A stretch of 46,713 bases of DNA, filler included, from Catajapyx aquilonaris (GCA_000934665.2; 2 parts of 2 records of this genome joined end to end with filler, not necessarily neighbours in it), one strand, 5' to 3'; positions 13,519-26,020 are shown, numbered from the whole stretch's first letter. Notes: a model not told the origin generated them from the sequence alone. Made by a program: numbers and translations.

Positions 13519-15041
13519 TTGGCCACATTTCGAAAGCCCCGTTTTCCGAAGAAAGTGAGATTGGTAGAGGTTGGTCCTCGAGATGGACTTCAAAATGAGA
13601 AGCAGCTGGTGCCCACTGATGTCAAAATCGAACTTATCCAGAGGCTGGCAGATGCAGGCCTGCGCACTGTGGAGGCCACCAGCTTTGTCTCCCCAAAGTG
13701 GGTGCCGCAGATGGCTGACCACACGCAGGTCTTTGGTGGAATTAGAAAACTTCCTGATGTCAACTATCCTGTTCTGGTGCCAAATATCAAGGGTTTCAAG
13801 GCAGCTGTAAGTCACCCTTTATCTGATAATCATATCTTGAATTCTAATTTTATAATTCTGCTTCATAATCAAGTGATGAATCTGTGCATCACTTCAAAAT
13901 TTTCCCTCATGTCTGCCAAAGAAAAATCTGATTGCATATTTATGAATAATTAATTCTGAAGTATTGGCTGTATTGCACATGTTTGTTGCAGATGGAAGTA
14001 GGTGTGCAAGAGATAGCCATCTTTGGTGCAGCCTCAGAGACTTTTAGCAAGCGCAATATCAACTGTTCCATTGAGGAGAGCCTTCAGAAGTTTAAGGAAG
14101 TTGTGGATGCTGCCAAGGAGAAAGATGTGAGAGTCCGCGGATATGTTTCTTGTGTATGTGGCTGTCCTTATGAAGGCCCTGTTGACCCATCAAATGTAGC
14201 AAAGGTAAGAATTAATACACTTTGTGCAGAGTTGGTTTTAACATGATAATTATCATTTCAGGTTGCTGTGGCAATGTACAACTTTGGCTGTTATGAAATC
14301 TCTCTCGGTGATACTATAGGAACAGGAACTCCAGGATCCATGAGAGCAGTCTTGGAGGAGGTGTTAAAATATTTGCCACAAGAAGTACTTGCTGTGCACT
14401 GCCATGATACTTACGGACAAGCTTTGGCCAACATCCTTACGGCTCTAGAAGTAATAGTCCCTTCAAGTTCTTATCTTTGCAATTTATTCTTTTGGCCTTT
14501 TTGCATCCCCTCCTTTGTGGGATAAAACAATTTTGATGTGAAAGACCAGAAGGAAATGGGGAGAGGGGATCAGGCTTTTCAAATAATAGAGTTCTTAATG
14601 AAATCTGACTTAGAAGACTACATGTAAATTTCACAGGTCTTTTTATAAAACTGCTTATGGGGACATTCAAACGTAATCGAAATTGAAATTCCGAATGAGG
14701 ATGGCAAAAGAGAGAGAGAAGGGGAGACTGCTATAGGCAGCCAGTCCCCTCGCCAACTAGACTAATAGATTTGGTGTTGTATAGCAACTGAACCTTTTTT
14801 TTCACATTTGCAGATGGGCATTTCGGTTGTGGATTCATCAGTGGCTGGTCTAGGTGGATGCCCCTACGCCAAAGGAGCATCTGGAAATGTGGCGACTGAA
14901 GATGTTGTGTACATGTTACAGGGAATGGAAATTGACACTGGAGTTGACCTACAAAAGCTACTTAATGTAGGCGACTTTATATCCCAATTTCTTGGGAGGC
15001 CCACCAATTCCAAAGTGGGACGGGCTTTAAGCAAGCTGTGA
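13519..15041 (+). CDS. HMGCL: Hydroxymethylglutaryl-CoA lyase, shared exons
   Basis: Exons 13519-13806, 13992-14204, 14262-14450, 14814-15041, all phase-0 introns. Signature motifs [45 protein letters not shown]-terminus is SKL. AATAAA at 15303-15308. Confidence 0.96.
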
Positions 15042-17538
15042 TTTTAACTTCATACCTGACAAACTAGCGGAAATGGTCTTGTTGTTAGGCATGTATGTAT
15101 TATTCACCTGCCATGTTACTTGTAGAAACGGTTGTAAATGCATTTAAAAATATATATTAGAGAAAGAATGCATATTTTTCAGCAATTATGCACTTTGCAT
15201 TAATGATACTCCAAAATAGCAATATATCAGGTTCTCTTTTTGTGACTACAGTGAGGTTTTAAATCACCAGATTGTCACCAGTTCATGCACATTTATTTGG
15301 AAAATAAAGCATTAATTTATTTTAGTGGGTCTATTATTTCTGCTGTTATTCTTTTTTCTATTTATATTGTTTGATTAATCAAATACTAGTGCTCAGTTAA
15401 TATTTATGATAACTTCTACAAATTCCAAAAGCTAACCTCTTAATAATAAGCAGCTTAAGGCCAAAGAATGGCTCACCACTCTGCATAATATGGTGCATTT
15501 GTGATGTTATTACATTATTAGTGATTGAATTCTAATATTAAATGGCCTTCTGAACCAGTTTTCTGATACTTGAGATTGCATGAGGCATAAAATATCTCAT
15601 GGGATTATGGGAAAGCCCTAAGTACAATGGTAAATGTGGCGTATATAAAATGATTTTCATGTGATAACACGTGGATGAGTGTGGGTCATGCTGGTCATTA
15701 GGTAGCCCAAGGCAGGGATATTTTGCATATACAACATTGGCATGTACTCCTATTTTTATAATGTTAAAATGATGTCACTATTATTGTTGTCATTACAAAG
15801 AGAGTTACAATAACAATAGTAATACGATGATGCAATGTGGATCTTATAAAAAGAAAAGTACAGTGGGGTTGTGTACTATGTCCCATTTTTCTCTCAATCC
15901 CTCTACCCCCACCACACTGAAGAAAAAAAAGGTCACACACCACTATAATAAGCTTTCTGAGCCGTGTATCATCCATGCCCTGGGTCACAGGCCACTTCAC
16001 TACTGGAGTGGAGCATCCTTAGCTTATAATACATCAGCAGGAACCCTGGCAGGAACCAAGTCTTCCAGGAAATGTGATGTCTGAAAGAAGTGTGTCTGGT
16101 GCCAGATGCTGACTCTGCCACTGTCAGAGTATGAATAAAGACTTTTGTACTGGCAAAGAGGTTTTACCACAATCACATAGACCTACATGTATTTTTCTCC
16201 AGTGTAAAGGTGATCTGCATAGAATTTCACAATTGGCAAATAGGTCTTGCTAGTGTTCTCTTTGAATCTACGTTAGTGATGATACATGATAGAGCGCTAA
16301 CATGGCACCTAGTCAACCTGGATTGGTATAGGCATTCAGTGACTACAAATTAGCTGCTTTTATTCATTTTCTTTATGTGATAGGAATTGAGTTCAAAGCG
16401 GTTCAAAGAGTCACAATCATCCACAACAGATTTGGCTTAATATTTGTTCCCAATTTGATAGTCTACAAAGTCCTGTCACAGCGTATACCACAATAACACA
16501 TGAATTCAACATGTGCACATCGTTATTTTCTGTATATTGCCACAGCTCTAGGAATATTCAGTGAATCGACACTTCTTTCTGTTAAATTTAAATACATCAA
16601 ATACGTAAATCAATGTACTGATTATTTCTTATGGAATTTATTTTATCACCTACTGTTATGAAGGTCCACCGTCACACAGTCACTTGTGGCATTTAGAGGA
16701 CATTGATAAACTGACAAAATTCCAGTGTCCAGTGCTGAATATTCACTTGATGTTCACTTAACATCGACATTGAACACTGGACGTTGACTGGACATTTCTG
16801 AATTATCATTGAACATTTGTGTGTTAAAGGGGCAGCTAACACGACTGCAGGATATTTCAAATGGAATTTTATTATTATGACAGTGCACAATCTCTGAAAT
16901 TGGGTACAGTCACAGGTTCCCAAGGGAATACGGCACTCCTGCATAGACTTCCAGTCATTTCGTATCCTCAGACAATCCTCTATTCCTGGCATACACCGGT
17001 AGTACACCACCCTGTCCAATGCAATGGTTTAAGAAAAATACTGTGCTTCTCCCGAATGCAGTAGAAATTCTTTCTTCCACAGATAGATAAATTCTGTGGA
17101 CCACAGAGGTGGCATTGCTTTCGTCAGACCAGTCCATTACACTTTCCACAAAAGTCATGTGACTGAACGTTTACCTAAGTATCATTTGGAGAAACATGAA
17201 AACACCTCAAATTCATGCGCCTGTACTAGAACCGCACCTTATGGCGACACTCTAAAAATTCCTAAAAATCCATTAATGGCAGGTCTGTGAACTTGATAGA
17301 GTGAAGAGGGTTGCGGCTAATTGCTTAGTTGGCACCAGAACAATGCCAACTAGTAATTGCGAGTCACAGCAAGATGTGATGTTTCTACCATAGCAGAGCA
17401 TCATTATAATGCAGTGGGATGTATCAACAAGATATATCCTCACACGTGTGTCAGAGGATTACATTTTCCATGTCATTGAGCAACTCACCCTGGGCTAGGT
17501 TTTAAAAACTCTGACACGCCCTATTGAAACAGTCTGCC

Positions 17539-20500
17539 ATGGGCACTCTTCCAGTTTTCGTCTTACTTGCTCTCGTCGGTCAAGGGGTACACTCTCAGGT
17601 AATGCCACGTTAATCACTTTGATTTTACCCATGTCACCGGTTGGCAGCAGGAAGCCAGCAGTTAGAACATCGGCAATTTATGTTATCTTCCATTGTCGTT
17701 ATTAGCTTAAAACTCATTTATTTTACTATTCATGATCATATTATTATGGATAACTTACGCAGGGCTACAGAAAGCCAGCTACATACTATTTTGGACAATA
17801 TGGATTACTGACAACAACTACTACGACTCCGGCTACAACACAGACACCGCCAGATATTGAAAGTGCAGGTAATATTATTCTGCACAATCCTTTTTTTGTG
17901 TGATAGTACCTAGCCAGAATGTCTAGACTTCACTGATTACAGATGAAATTCGAGTGGTGTGGCCCTACCATGACATGGAGCAGATATCTGTGCAGGAAGC
18001 AAAGGTGCGTGTCGTACAGCGACTCTTGCAGGACATGGCTTTGCCTCTGCAGAGGAGGGTGTGCGTCAGGGTGTACCGTCACATCTACGACACTGCTCCC
18101 TTCCTGGTCATCACCAGGGAAGAAGTAGGGGAAATTCTAATGGCCATGCAGTCAAGCACCAGCTCTCCTGACACGGGAGTGTCCGGAGACGATCAAAGGA
18201 TGGTTTTGATCACAAGAATACAACAGAAGTTGGTTCAAGGTCTGAAGCGCAGGATATCCATTTTCATCCGGTTGTTGCGTCTCCTCAAAAACGATGCAGG
18301 TAATGCAGCTACATTACAGTATTACGATTACGCATTTTAATTTAATTTAATGTCATTTGTTAGTGAGTGATCGTGACCGCATTCGCATCGACTCTGGCAT
18401 CCAAACAGTCGTGGAAACCCTGGATGCTGAGGAACAGAAAGAGATGGGTCGAATTCTCAAGGGAGATTGGCTTCTTTTGGTGTCTGAAGATACTCGTCAG
18501 TGGTGGGCCAATGTGGTTATTTTGATGTCCAAAATACATGTCCTGCTCGGTCCTGATCGGGACAGAAAACTAAGTATGATCTTATATCATTTTTAAAAAA
18601 TTAACAAGGAGTCGGGTTATTAAAATCCTCCTTTCCTGCTCAGGTATCAGAGATCAAGTAGTGACGGAGGAAGTGGCGCTGCTGAAGGAAGAACTTATCA
18701 GCTTTGCCGAAAACGTGGGCATGACATATACCCTTACAGCTTCCGATGGATTTGGTTCCGTCAAGGGTCAAAGGACACTGCGGGCCACCATACGACTTAT
18801 CGTCAGGATCACGTCTCATCTCATTTCTAATTACAGTAAGGATTTTAAACCAATTCTGTCACTTTTTCAGCCTGTTATGACTTACAATGTGGCTCAACAG
18901 TTGTAATGGATTTTGTGACTCACCATGTATAACCTATATTGATGGCATGTTTCTGTAACAGGTACCGACGACCGCTTTATAAGGAAGGTTTTGACAACCA
19001 TTCAACGACAGGCCTCATCGGCAATTTCGTCAGAAACAACAACTACAACCGTCGGAAGCCAAGAAGGAGACCGACTATTTCCCCGGACTCAACGTCAATG
19101 GAAGCGATTAGGAGACATCCTTAAGAAATGGATCTCAATCGTGATTGCAACATCCAAACAGGACGTGAATCTCTCTGACCTCTATCTTCAACTAAGGCAA
19201 CTGTCACTAGAACTGGGTCAAAGTGACAATGAAGTGACATCTTTCCCCACAATGTCGACGGTGTGGAGACAAATCAGACACGTCCTCCGGATTATCATCC
19301 GAAAGGTGAAGACACTAACGCGACACACACCCGGACAAGACAAAAATGACCTCAACACCCTCCTGGAAGAACTCGACTCTTTCGCAGTCCAACAAGCCAT
19401 CGAGAAGCTTGTATCCGCTGAACCCAATGAAAAGCAACAGGCCTTCTTAACTCTGAAAGGTCTGACGGTCAGGATTCTAAGGCGAATCATCGTGTTCTGG
19501 AAGAGTAAGTATGGTCGTTAACAGCTTCTCTTAATGTTTGGTAATGCAACTTAATGTTATTATTTCAGATGTCAACGTCAAGTTAGAACAAGAACTGGAA
19601 GTGTTACTAGAGCAACTGAAAGGTACCGAGTCTGATTGGGAAACTCGAGCAGTATCGTGGGAAGATGACGTCTCCAGCGGTGAGGTTGAGCCAGAAGTTT
19701 CGGAAGAGTTGTCAGAGGAAGACTTCACCTCATTGTCAACCGAGCAACCAAGTGATGCACGAGATGTAGTCACCAGACTCAAACCGATAGTTCGAGACCA
19801 GATTATCATCATAAAAATCCTCAGGAATAAACGTGAGACATGCTCTTGTGATGTCCTCTTCCTGCAATGCTAATATTTCTAACCAATATTATGACAGCCA
19901 TTAACGACGTGAAGGTCAACCGTGATGTGGACACCATCCTAAACCGTCTGGAGGAAACACCTACTTCGGAAACTGACAAACGGACTGCCATTGGCGTAGT
20001 ACTCAAGTCTCTCGTACGACGTGTGGGGTCAATGCGGCCACCGAAATCAGAGACAAGTAGGCAATTTATAAGGTTCAGAGCTGTTGCTCAAAGATTATGC
20101 GACTCTTTGAACACTCCACAGCACTTCAAAACGACTGGAATCGAATTGTGTCCGTAATTTCTCAACTGACAAATGGCGAGAGGGTCACGATTAATATTGA
20201 GACTGGACACATCCGAATAGATGAAGGGACCAGCACTTCCGACTTGAAAGCGCGAGGAAGAGTTTACCTTTGGAGAAGACTTATATCCGACTTTGCTCAC
20301 GTTTTAAGAATATCGCAGCGCTACCTGTCCAATTCCGGTAAATATTTAAGTAGAAATATAAAATACCTGCAATGTCTTCTAAAACTTAATTGCTTGACCA
20401 CAGATCTAGATGACGTAACAGCCGAAGACAGTGAGACTCTGGATAATGCCTCGGGTAAATTTACTATTGAATATGCGTCATAGATAACTGATTTATTTGT

Positions 20501-21328
20501 ATTTCATATTAATTTGCCAATTCAGAAACATCCGATGGCGAAAGTGATTACAATGATGATTGGGATGATGATGGTGAATCTGGCCAAGAAGGTAAGACTA
20601 ACACATCTTGGAACGATTTTAAGTCTGATTCCCTCCTGATACATTTCAGGTAATGTTGGTACTACAAGTAGTAGTAGGCCTACTTCTGGAGAAAAGCCAC
20701 TAGTGGAGCCAATACCAAGTCCTGAAGAATTTTCGTGCACGTCTGAAGGACGTTTCCCGGTACCCCAGAGCTGCCACGAGTACTACGTGTGCTTCCAGGC
20801 CAGTTACGGACAGCTGCACCAGCAAAAGTTATCCTGCTCGCAATCGGGTATACTCACACCCTAATTAACTATCACTCCAGGATGTTATTCGCAAACTAAC
20901 GTATGCTAATTCTATGTTATTCACACTTTTCAGGTGAAGGCCCATACTTCAATCCCGGGGCCAGCAGCTGTTCCACCAACCCGCCTTCTCATTGCGCGTA
21001 TCCAAGCACCACGAAGGCTTACGAATACACGACTACTCCAAAACCCACGTATGGTTACAACTATTACACTACCACCACACCTCAACCTTATACTTACCCC
21101 ACCACCACCACTTACGCTTACACCACCACTCCTAAGCCTTATACATATCCTACTACCACTGCTTATGTCTATACTACCACCACGCCTAAGCCTTACACTT
21201 ATCCCACTACCACACCATATGTCTACACTACCACTACTCCGCAGCCTTACACGTACCCCACCACTACTTACGGGTACCCAACTACAACCTACGGTTATCC
21301 CACAACTGCTGCTGCCAAATACTATTAG
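17539..21328 (+). CDS. Large secreted chitin-binding (CBM14/peritrophin-A) protein with an unrecognised helical body and a Tyr/Thr/Pro-rich tail (13 exons, ~938 aa)
   Basis: Exons 17539-17598, 17763-17868, 17943-18299, 18364-18573, 18644-18835, 18962-19504, 19569-19832, 19898-20056, 20122-20337, 20404-20454, 20526-20591, 20650-20847, 20934-21328 join into one open frame. Signal peptide MGTLPVFVLLALVGQGVHS. Six-Cys domain CTSEGRFPVPQSCHEYYVC..C..PYFNPGASSC..C. AATAAA at 21407-21412. Confidence 0.88.
21000..21325 (+). repeat. Coding repeat encoding YTTTTP(K/Q)PYTYPTTT units
   Basis: Repeated TACACTACCACC / CCTTACACTTATCCC motifs in the last exon. Confidence 0.85.
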
Positions 21329-22668
21329 AATATTTTTTTGAAACCAGCAGTACAGGCGAATCATCTAAGCAAGTATGTAACACTCTTGTATCGTTCGTAT
21401 GTGCCAAATAAAGAAACTTTCATTCAATGTCTCATCTGTACACATCACTTGGAAAGCCCTACCTGGGTGCTACCTGTAGCTGATCTACAGTAGACAGTTC
21501 TCAGGGTTGTCGAAGCACAAAGCCCAACCACCATGTCCAGGTATAGCGATAAGACATGAGCAGTCTGTCTAAAATAATTAACGTTGTTAAATAAAATCAA
21601 TTACAATATCATCCCATACCCCTTAAGTAGTGGAAAGTAAAACAGCCGCCTATTTATTGAAATACTGCAGTTATTCTGACAAGTTTGAGTGGACTACTTA
21701 ACACTGATTCTCGGTCACACATTTTGTCGCACATACATATTCACTCATGACAGGAAAAAAAAACAGTTTTGTTTTTACATTGCAAAGCACACGTTATGTC
21801 CGCGACACATGTGTTCGAAATAAGCAGGATAGCATGTGAATATACCGCATTCTTGCGAGAGAAACAGAACAGAAACACTTCCTCTCAGTTTTTGCCCATT
21901 ACTTAGCGTTGCTCATCATGTAACTGATTTATGAAGTAGCCTAGAATAAGTAGATAAAAATGACTTATAGAGTGCAAACTTTCAAGTTCTAGTCATGCTC
22001 AGTGATTTCCTATATTCGGTTGGAAATAGGTTGTATATACACGTTTTTAAAAAGGGTGCTAGGCATTTCACTTTTCACAGTGCCGGAATTTTGCATAATT
22101 ATGGCCATTCATTCACCTGCGGAAAGTAGAGGTGCTAACCACATTTTGGACAGTGGAGTATAATCGCTAATAATATTACACGCTTTTAAACAAATCATGG
22201 CGTCTCTTAGAACTATGGAGTAGTCGTCATAAGCATGATAAGGCCTATTCCCAAGACTAGCGCCGAGAGCATGTAACAAGTTGAAAGGAATGTGTTGGAG
22301 GGCACATGTGAATAGACTGTAAGTTATTTGCAACATCAGGACAAACACCAGAGTCATGGTCGACAAACAACTCGAGTCAACACTTCATTTATGTCATAGC
22401 ACACCATGGCGTGACGCACAACAATTTCATTTCTACGCAAACAACCGAAAGTACCAAGCGAATGGGTAGAATGATGGACTTCGCACAAAATCCTAGCATA
22501 TTTGGAACACTGTGCTGGCCATTGCAGAAATGTGACGAATTCTCGAGCTACATGCAAATACCTCAGGTCATGAAAAAAATAACTGGGCGAGGCATTTTAG
22601 GATTGCAGCTATGTTCTTTGCGACTAGGACCATTTCCCCCCAGTCTGTGTGCGTCATTAACACCACCC

Positions 22669-22675
22669 TATATAA
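22669..22675 (+). promoter_or_regulatory. TATA box of the second CBM14 gene
   Basis: TATATAA about 30 nt before a CCAGT Inr-like site and 69 nt before the ATG, which is in a strong CACCACCATGG context. Confidence 0.6.
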
Positions 22676-22737
22676 GGAAGGCGTCTGTGAATATTGTTGA
22701 TCCAGTACTAGTCTGTTTGCATTGTGCTCTCACCACC

Positions 22738-23157
22738 ATGGTACGCCATATTAGTGCGACGCTATTGTGCCCCACATTATTTTTGATGACAGCAGCAGCT
22801 CAAGGTGTAAGTGTTAATTAGAGTTAATGATACAAGGTTTCTACTCCCCAGACTGTGAGAACCAATCACAATAATTTCCTCCCAAGTGCTGCACATTTAT
22901 AGCCGAAGCCTTATGTTAGAGTAGTTCTTATTATGGAGTTTCCGTGTTCTACTTTGGCAGGTGCTGGAGTTCCCATCAATGAAGCAAGATGCTGGCTTCA
23001 CGTCTACCAGTAGGACAATGAGGACGCAGAACGAGCAGTTTCCACCAACCGCAGCAGCCAACAGCAGAGGATCAGCTCCACACCAGCAATCTCCGACTCC
23101 AATAGATTCCTATCCCACCATCCCGCCCTGCACTTCCGAAGGAACATTCCTGTCCCC
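22738..23157 (+). CDS. 5' part of a second secreted chitin-binding (CBM14) protein, truncated by the gap
   Basis: Exon 22738-22806 encodes a signal peptide (MVRHISATLLCPTLFLMTAAAQG, GTAAGT donor). Exon 22961 onward ends in PPCTSEGTFLSP, matching the CTSEGRF start of the neighbouring CBM14 domain. Confidence 0.7.
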
Positions 23158-23257
23158 NNNNNNNNNNNNNNNNNNNNNNNNNNNNNNNNNNNNNNNNNNN
23201 NTTAATTAATTAANNNNNNNNNNNNNNNNNNNNNNNNNNNNNNNNNNNNNNNNNNNN
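23158..23257. other. Artificial 100-bp contig spacer (44 N, TTAATTAATTAA, 44 N)
   Basis: Symmetric N runs around a palindromic 12-mer that gives stops in all six frames. Confidence 0.95.
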
Positions 23258-23264
23258 GTCCACC

Positions 23265-23350
23265 GCAGGCGTAGAAAAACGTGAGCGAAGCGAGCGGTTT
23301 TCTGCGCCTGCGCCCTAGGAAAAGGCGAGCGGAGCGAGGATTTTCCTAGT
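23265..23350 (+). mobile_element. Helitron-like 3' terminus (two hairpins ending in CTAG|T)
   Basis: Stems 23265-23278/23298-23311 and 23315-23323/23341-23349. Both loops carry GAGCG(A/G)AGCGAG. The second stem ends CTAG followed by T. Confidence 0.55.
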
Positions 23351-23378
23351 TCATAATAAAAACCAGCTCATCATAATT

Positions 23379-23626
23379 GGGCGCTCAGAGGAGAAGCGGC
23401 ATATCCCAACCGACCTCCAATTTTGAGATTGTAGTGCTTTTGTACTCTCCTGCCATCTACCTTTCATGTGCTGAAGTCCCAAATTAATTGGGATATGCCA
23501 AAGGTCACATATTCCACTTGTAAAAATTGGTCTGCAATGGAAAGTCCTATTTTCTTGCAACACAAGAAGCTATTTATCTCAAAATGAACTCGGGTTGGGA
23601 TATGCCATTTTTCCTCTGAGCGCCTC
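23379..23626. mobile_element. MITE with ~50-bp TIRs and AATT TSD (Sola-like)
   Basis: G(A)GGCGCTCAGAGGA..GGCATATCCCAACC..TTTTGAGAT occurs inverted at both ends. AATT flanks it at 23375-23378 and 23627-23630. Confidence 0.8.
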
Positions 23627-23669
23627 AATTGCTTTGGCTTCGTTACCTTTTTTTTCTTTTGTAGATATA

Positions 23670-24059
23670 GGGTAAACCAGACAGTTATGGGACACCATAC
23701 AGTAATGAACCCCTTATTATAACTTCGCGCCAAACATTGCTGGGCAACACCCTACACCACGAAAGTGCTGCAAACAACAATAGAGTCCCTACAATTATTA
23801 AATGTCCCATTACTGTCCCAAAGGCGGCCGATAACTGTGAAGAGTGGCCAATAACTATACTTTTGTGACTATTTTGGAACTTTTCATTACCAAAAGTCAC
23901 AGAAAAGGAGAATTTCAAAATTACAGTTGCTCATTGAAATAGAACATTCTGAAGATCAAGAAAAAAATGTAATCAAACTGCAGATGTAATTACTGTGGGT
24001 CATGTGACGATGTGAACTTGGGAAATTTCTTAAGTGACCCATAACTGTATGGTTTACCC
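23670..24059. mobile_element. MITE with TA TSD (Tc1/mariner/pogo-like)
   Basis: 26-bp TIR GGGTAAACCA(G/T)ACAGTTATGGG(A/T)CAC at both ends, flanked by TA. Confidence 0.8.
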
Positions 24060-24099
24060 TACTTTACCAACACTCTGTAGTCACAAGTTCTTTTGCTAC

Positions 24100-26020
24100 C
24101 TAAAATCTTGAGTCTGCCAAAATCGGAGAGCTGAGGTTCACAAATCCACATATCACTGTGACAATGTCATTTGCATGGGTGAGAAGTGTCCAATCCAGCT
24201 TCTTTTGGAATATGGCAAAACATTTCATGCGCTGTATGGCTCTTTCCACATGCACCCTTGCTCGGGCGATCCTCGCTGTCTCCAGGGCTTCCTGCTGACT
24301 CAGTTGCTTCTTTTTTTGCAAAAATGGAGGCTGCACCACACCTATTGCATTTACAGAGCACACATCATTGATCCTGAAGCCCTTATCAACCATCACTTTA
24401 TCAACATATGGCTCCATCTTTTCCACAATACCAGACAATTCAAATATCGCTTTATCGGATGCACGGCCACCATATACCTTGCTACGAGCCACGATGACTC
24501 CTGCAGGACTCACCCCCACCATAACCTTGATAGTGTTGCCTCCATAGTAATGTGAGTAGGTCAGCAACCTGCAGTTGAGGCAGCCTGACTGTTCTACAAA
24601 CACTTCCGTGCAATCCAAAACCACTCTAGTGTTGTTGTAGCATCGGAAGCATTTTGGTAAATTGTTCATGACCTCCTTGGAAGGCCAAGGTATAACGCTA
24701 GTCAAAACCTCTGACAGGGCCTTCAAAGACCTATCAAAAATATAGGTGCACGTGGAGGGACTAACCTGAAATAAAAGGGCCACTGCTGCGAAACTTATCC
24801 CACATTTCAGTTTTGTCATTACCAGTGCTACACGTTCAGCAGTGGATAGAACCTTGCATGCATATGTATCTAACTCATCCACACATTGAGCTATGCATTG
24901 CAAAAGGGAAAATTTAGGAATGCCTGTCAATGTCTGCAAGTCCTTATCTGTTTTCATCATATCCATTACGTTCATCCCCCTAGTAACAGTCTCCAATATA
25001 GTGTTTACTTGAACCTCCTTGTCCTCCGTCTGAATTTCATGATTAACTGTAAGTTCGTGACGAATCTCTTCAATGATTTCAGCTTTCTTCCCAGTATCAC
25101 CCTGAACATCATTACACGGAAAGTCTTCTGTTTGTTGCTGTTCAGTCTCCACTAAATTACAGTCTGATTCAAGTGCAACAAGCTGCTGCAGTGGTGCAGT
25201 GGAGGTTCCCCTTCCTGTCAATAAGGAGAAATCATAGTAATGGCAAGATGAAACTTGGAAAATTCTGCCTTTCAAAGAAAGAAAAGGAACGCCAGTCAAG
25301 GGATTTGATCCTGGGTCCTCTCGATCTGTGAGCATGAATGTTCTGATGTACCACTTCACTCCCCATAGCTCTAAATGATGATATTTTTGAAACTCACCCT
25401 CAAGTGTCTTGGCACGTTGAACAGCTCGGTCTCTTCGATTGCTGACACTTTTCTCATCAACAGGTTTTTCGTGCAACCTTTGCGGGATTTTTTTTGAAGG
25501 CACAGCACCAGGCCTCAGTCTATGGGTTGTCGTCTCAATCCCTGTAAAGGACGGTATGGGCCAGCTATTAGTGATTTTAAAGGGAATGCAGCATTGACAC
25601 TTTGTCCTTTCTACGTTATTATTAGCTCTTGACGTTATGAACGAAACTGTTTTGTGCAAACCCACCATTAGCCCCCAACGATGTGGTGCTTTTACTTAGT
25701 AATGCATGCATCATCTTGCATTATAGTTTCGCTTTTCTATCCTGAAGCTCTACAACATGAGATAAGAAAAACTCACCGGGCAAGTAGTAGTCAGACTCGT
25801 CAAAATGTAGGCTGCAGACGTACATGGTGTTCGTAGCGCGTTTGGCGAGTCGCAACTTGACCTCCCATGTTTTCCGCAGTGGAACTTCTTTCGGAAATAG
25901 GTGCAGCCAAATTCTTTTTGCCCTGTCAAAGGTGGACTTGCATCCGAATACGCAGCAATACCGTCTGCTGCACTTGGATCCCATTAGCGGCCTGCGAGCG
26001 ACACCTTTTCCGGCCGCCAT
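24100..26020 (-). CDS. THAP + DDE_Tnp_4 transposase (ISL2EU/PIF-Harbinger-related), apparently intact, ~500 aa
   Basis: Exons 26020-25777, 25541-25398, 25214-24100. THAP motifs CCVFGC..FP..W..VCSLHF..AVPS. Catalytic motifs LDCTE, YGGRASD, MVDKGF, RVHVERAIQR. Confidence 0.85.

Noticed and set aside
16718..16797. Imperfect inverted repeat (GTCCAGTG..CACTGGAC) as a structured RNA
   Set aside because: Short and interrupted; it cannot be distinguished from a decayed MITE or chance.
20930..21364. Antisense and alternative-frame ORFs over the Thr/Tyr repeat
   Set aside because: They are by-products of low-complexity ACN/TAC codon repeats in the real exon.
25542..25668. N-terminus of the 522-aa ORF-track protein (MVGLHK..)
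   Set aside because: It lies in the intron between the two halves of the THAP domain; the spliced model from 26020 gives a complete THAP.
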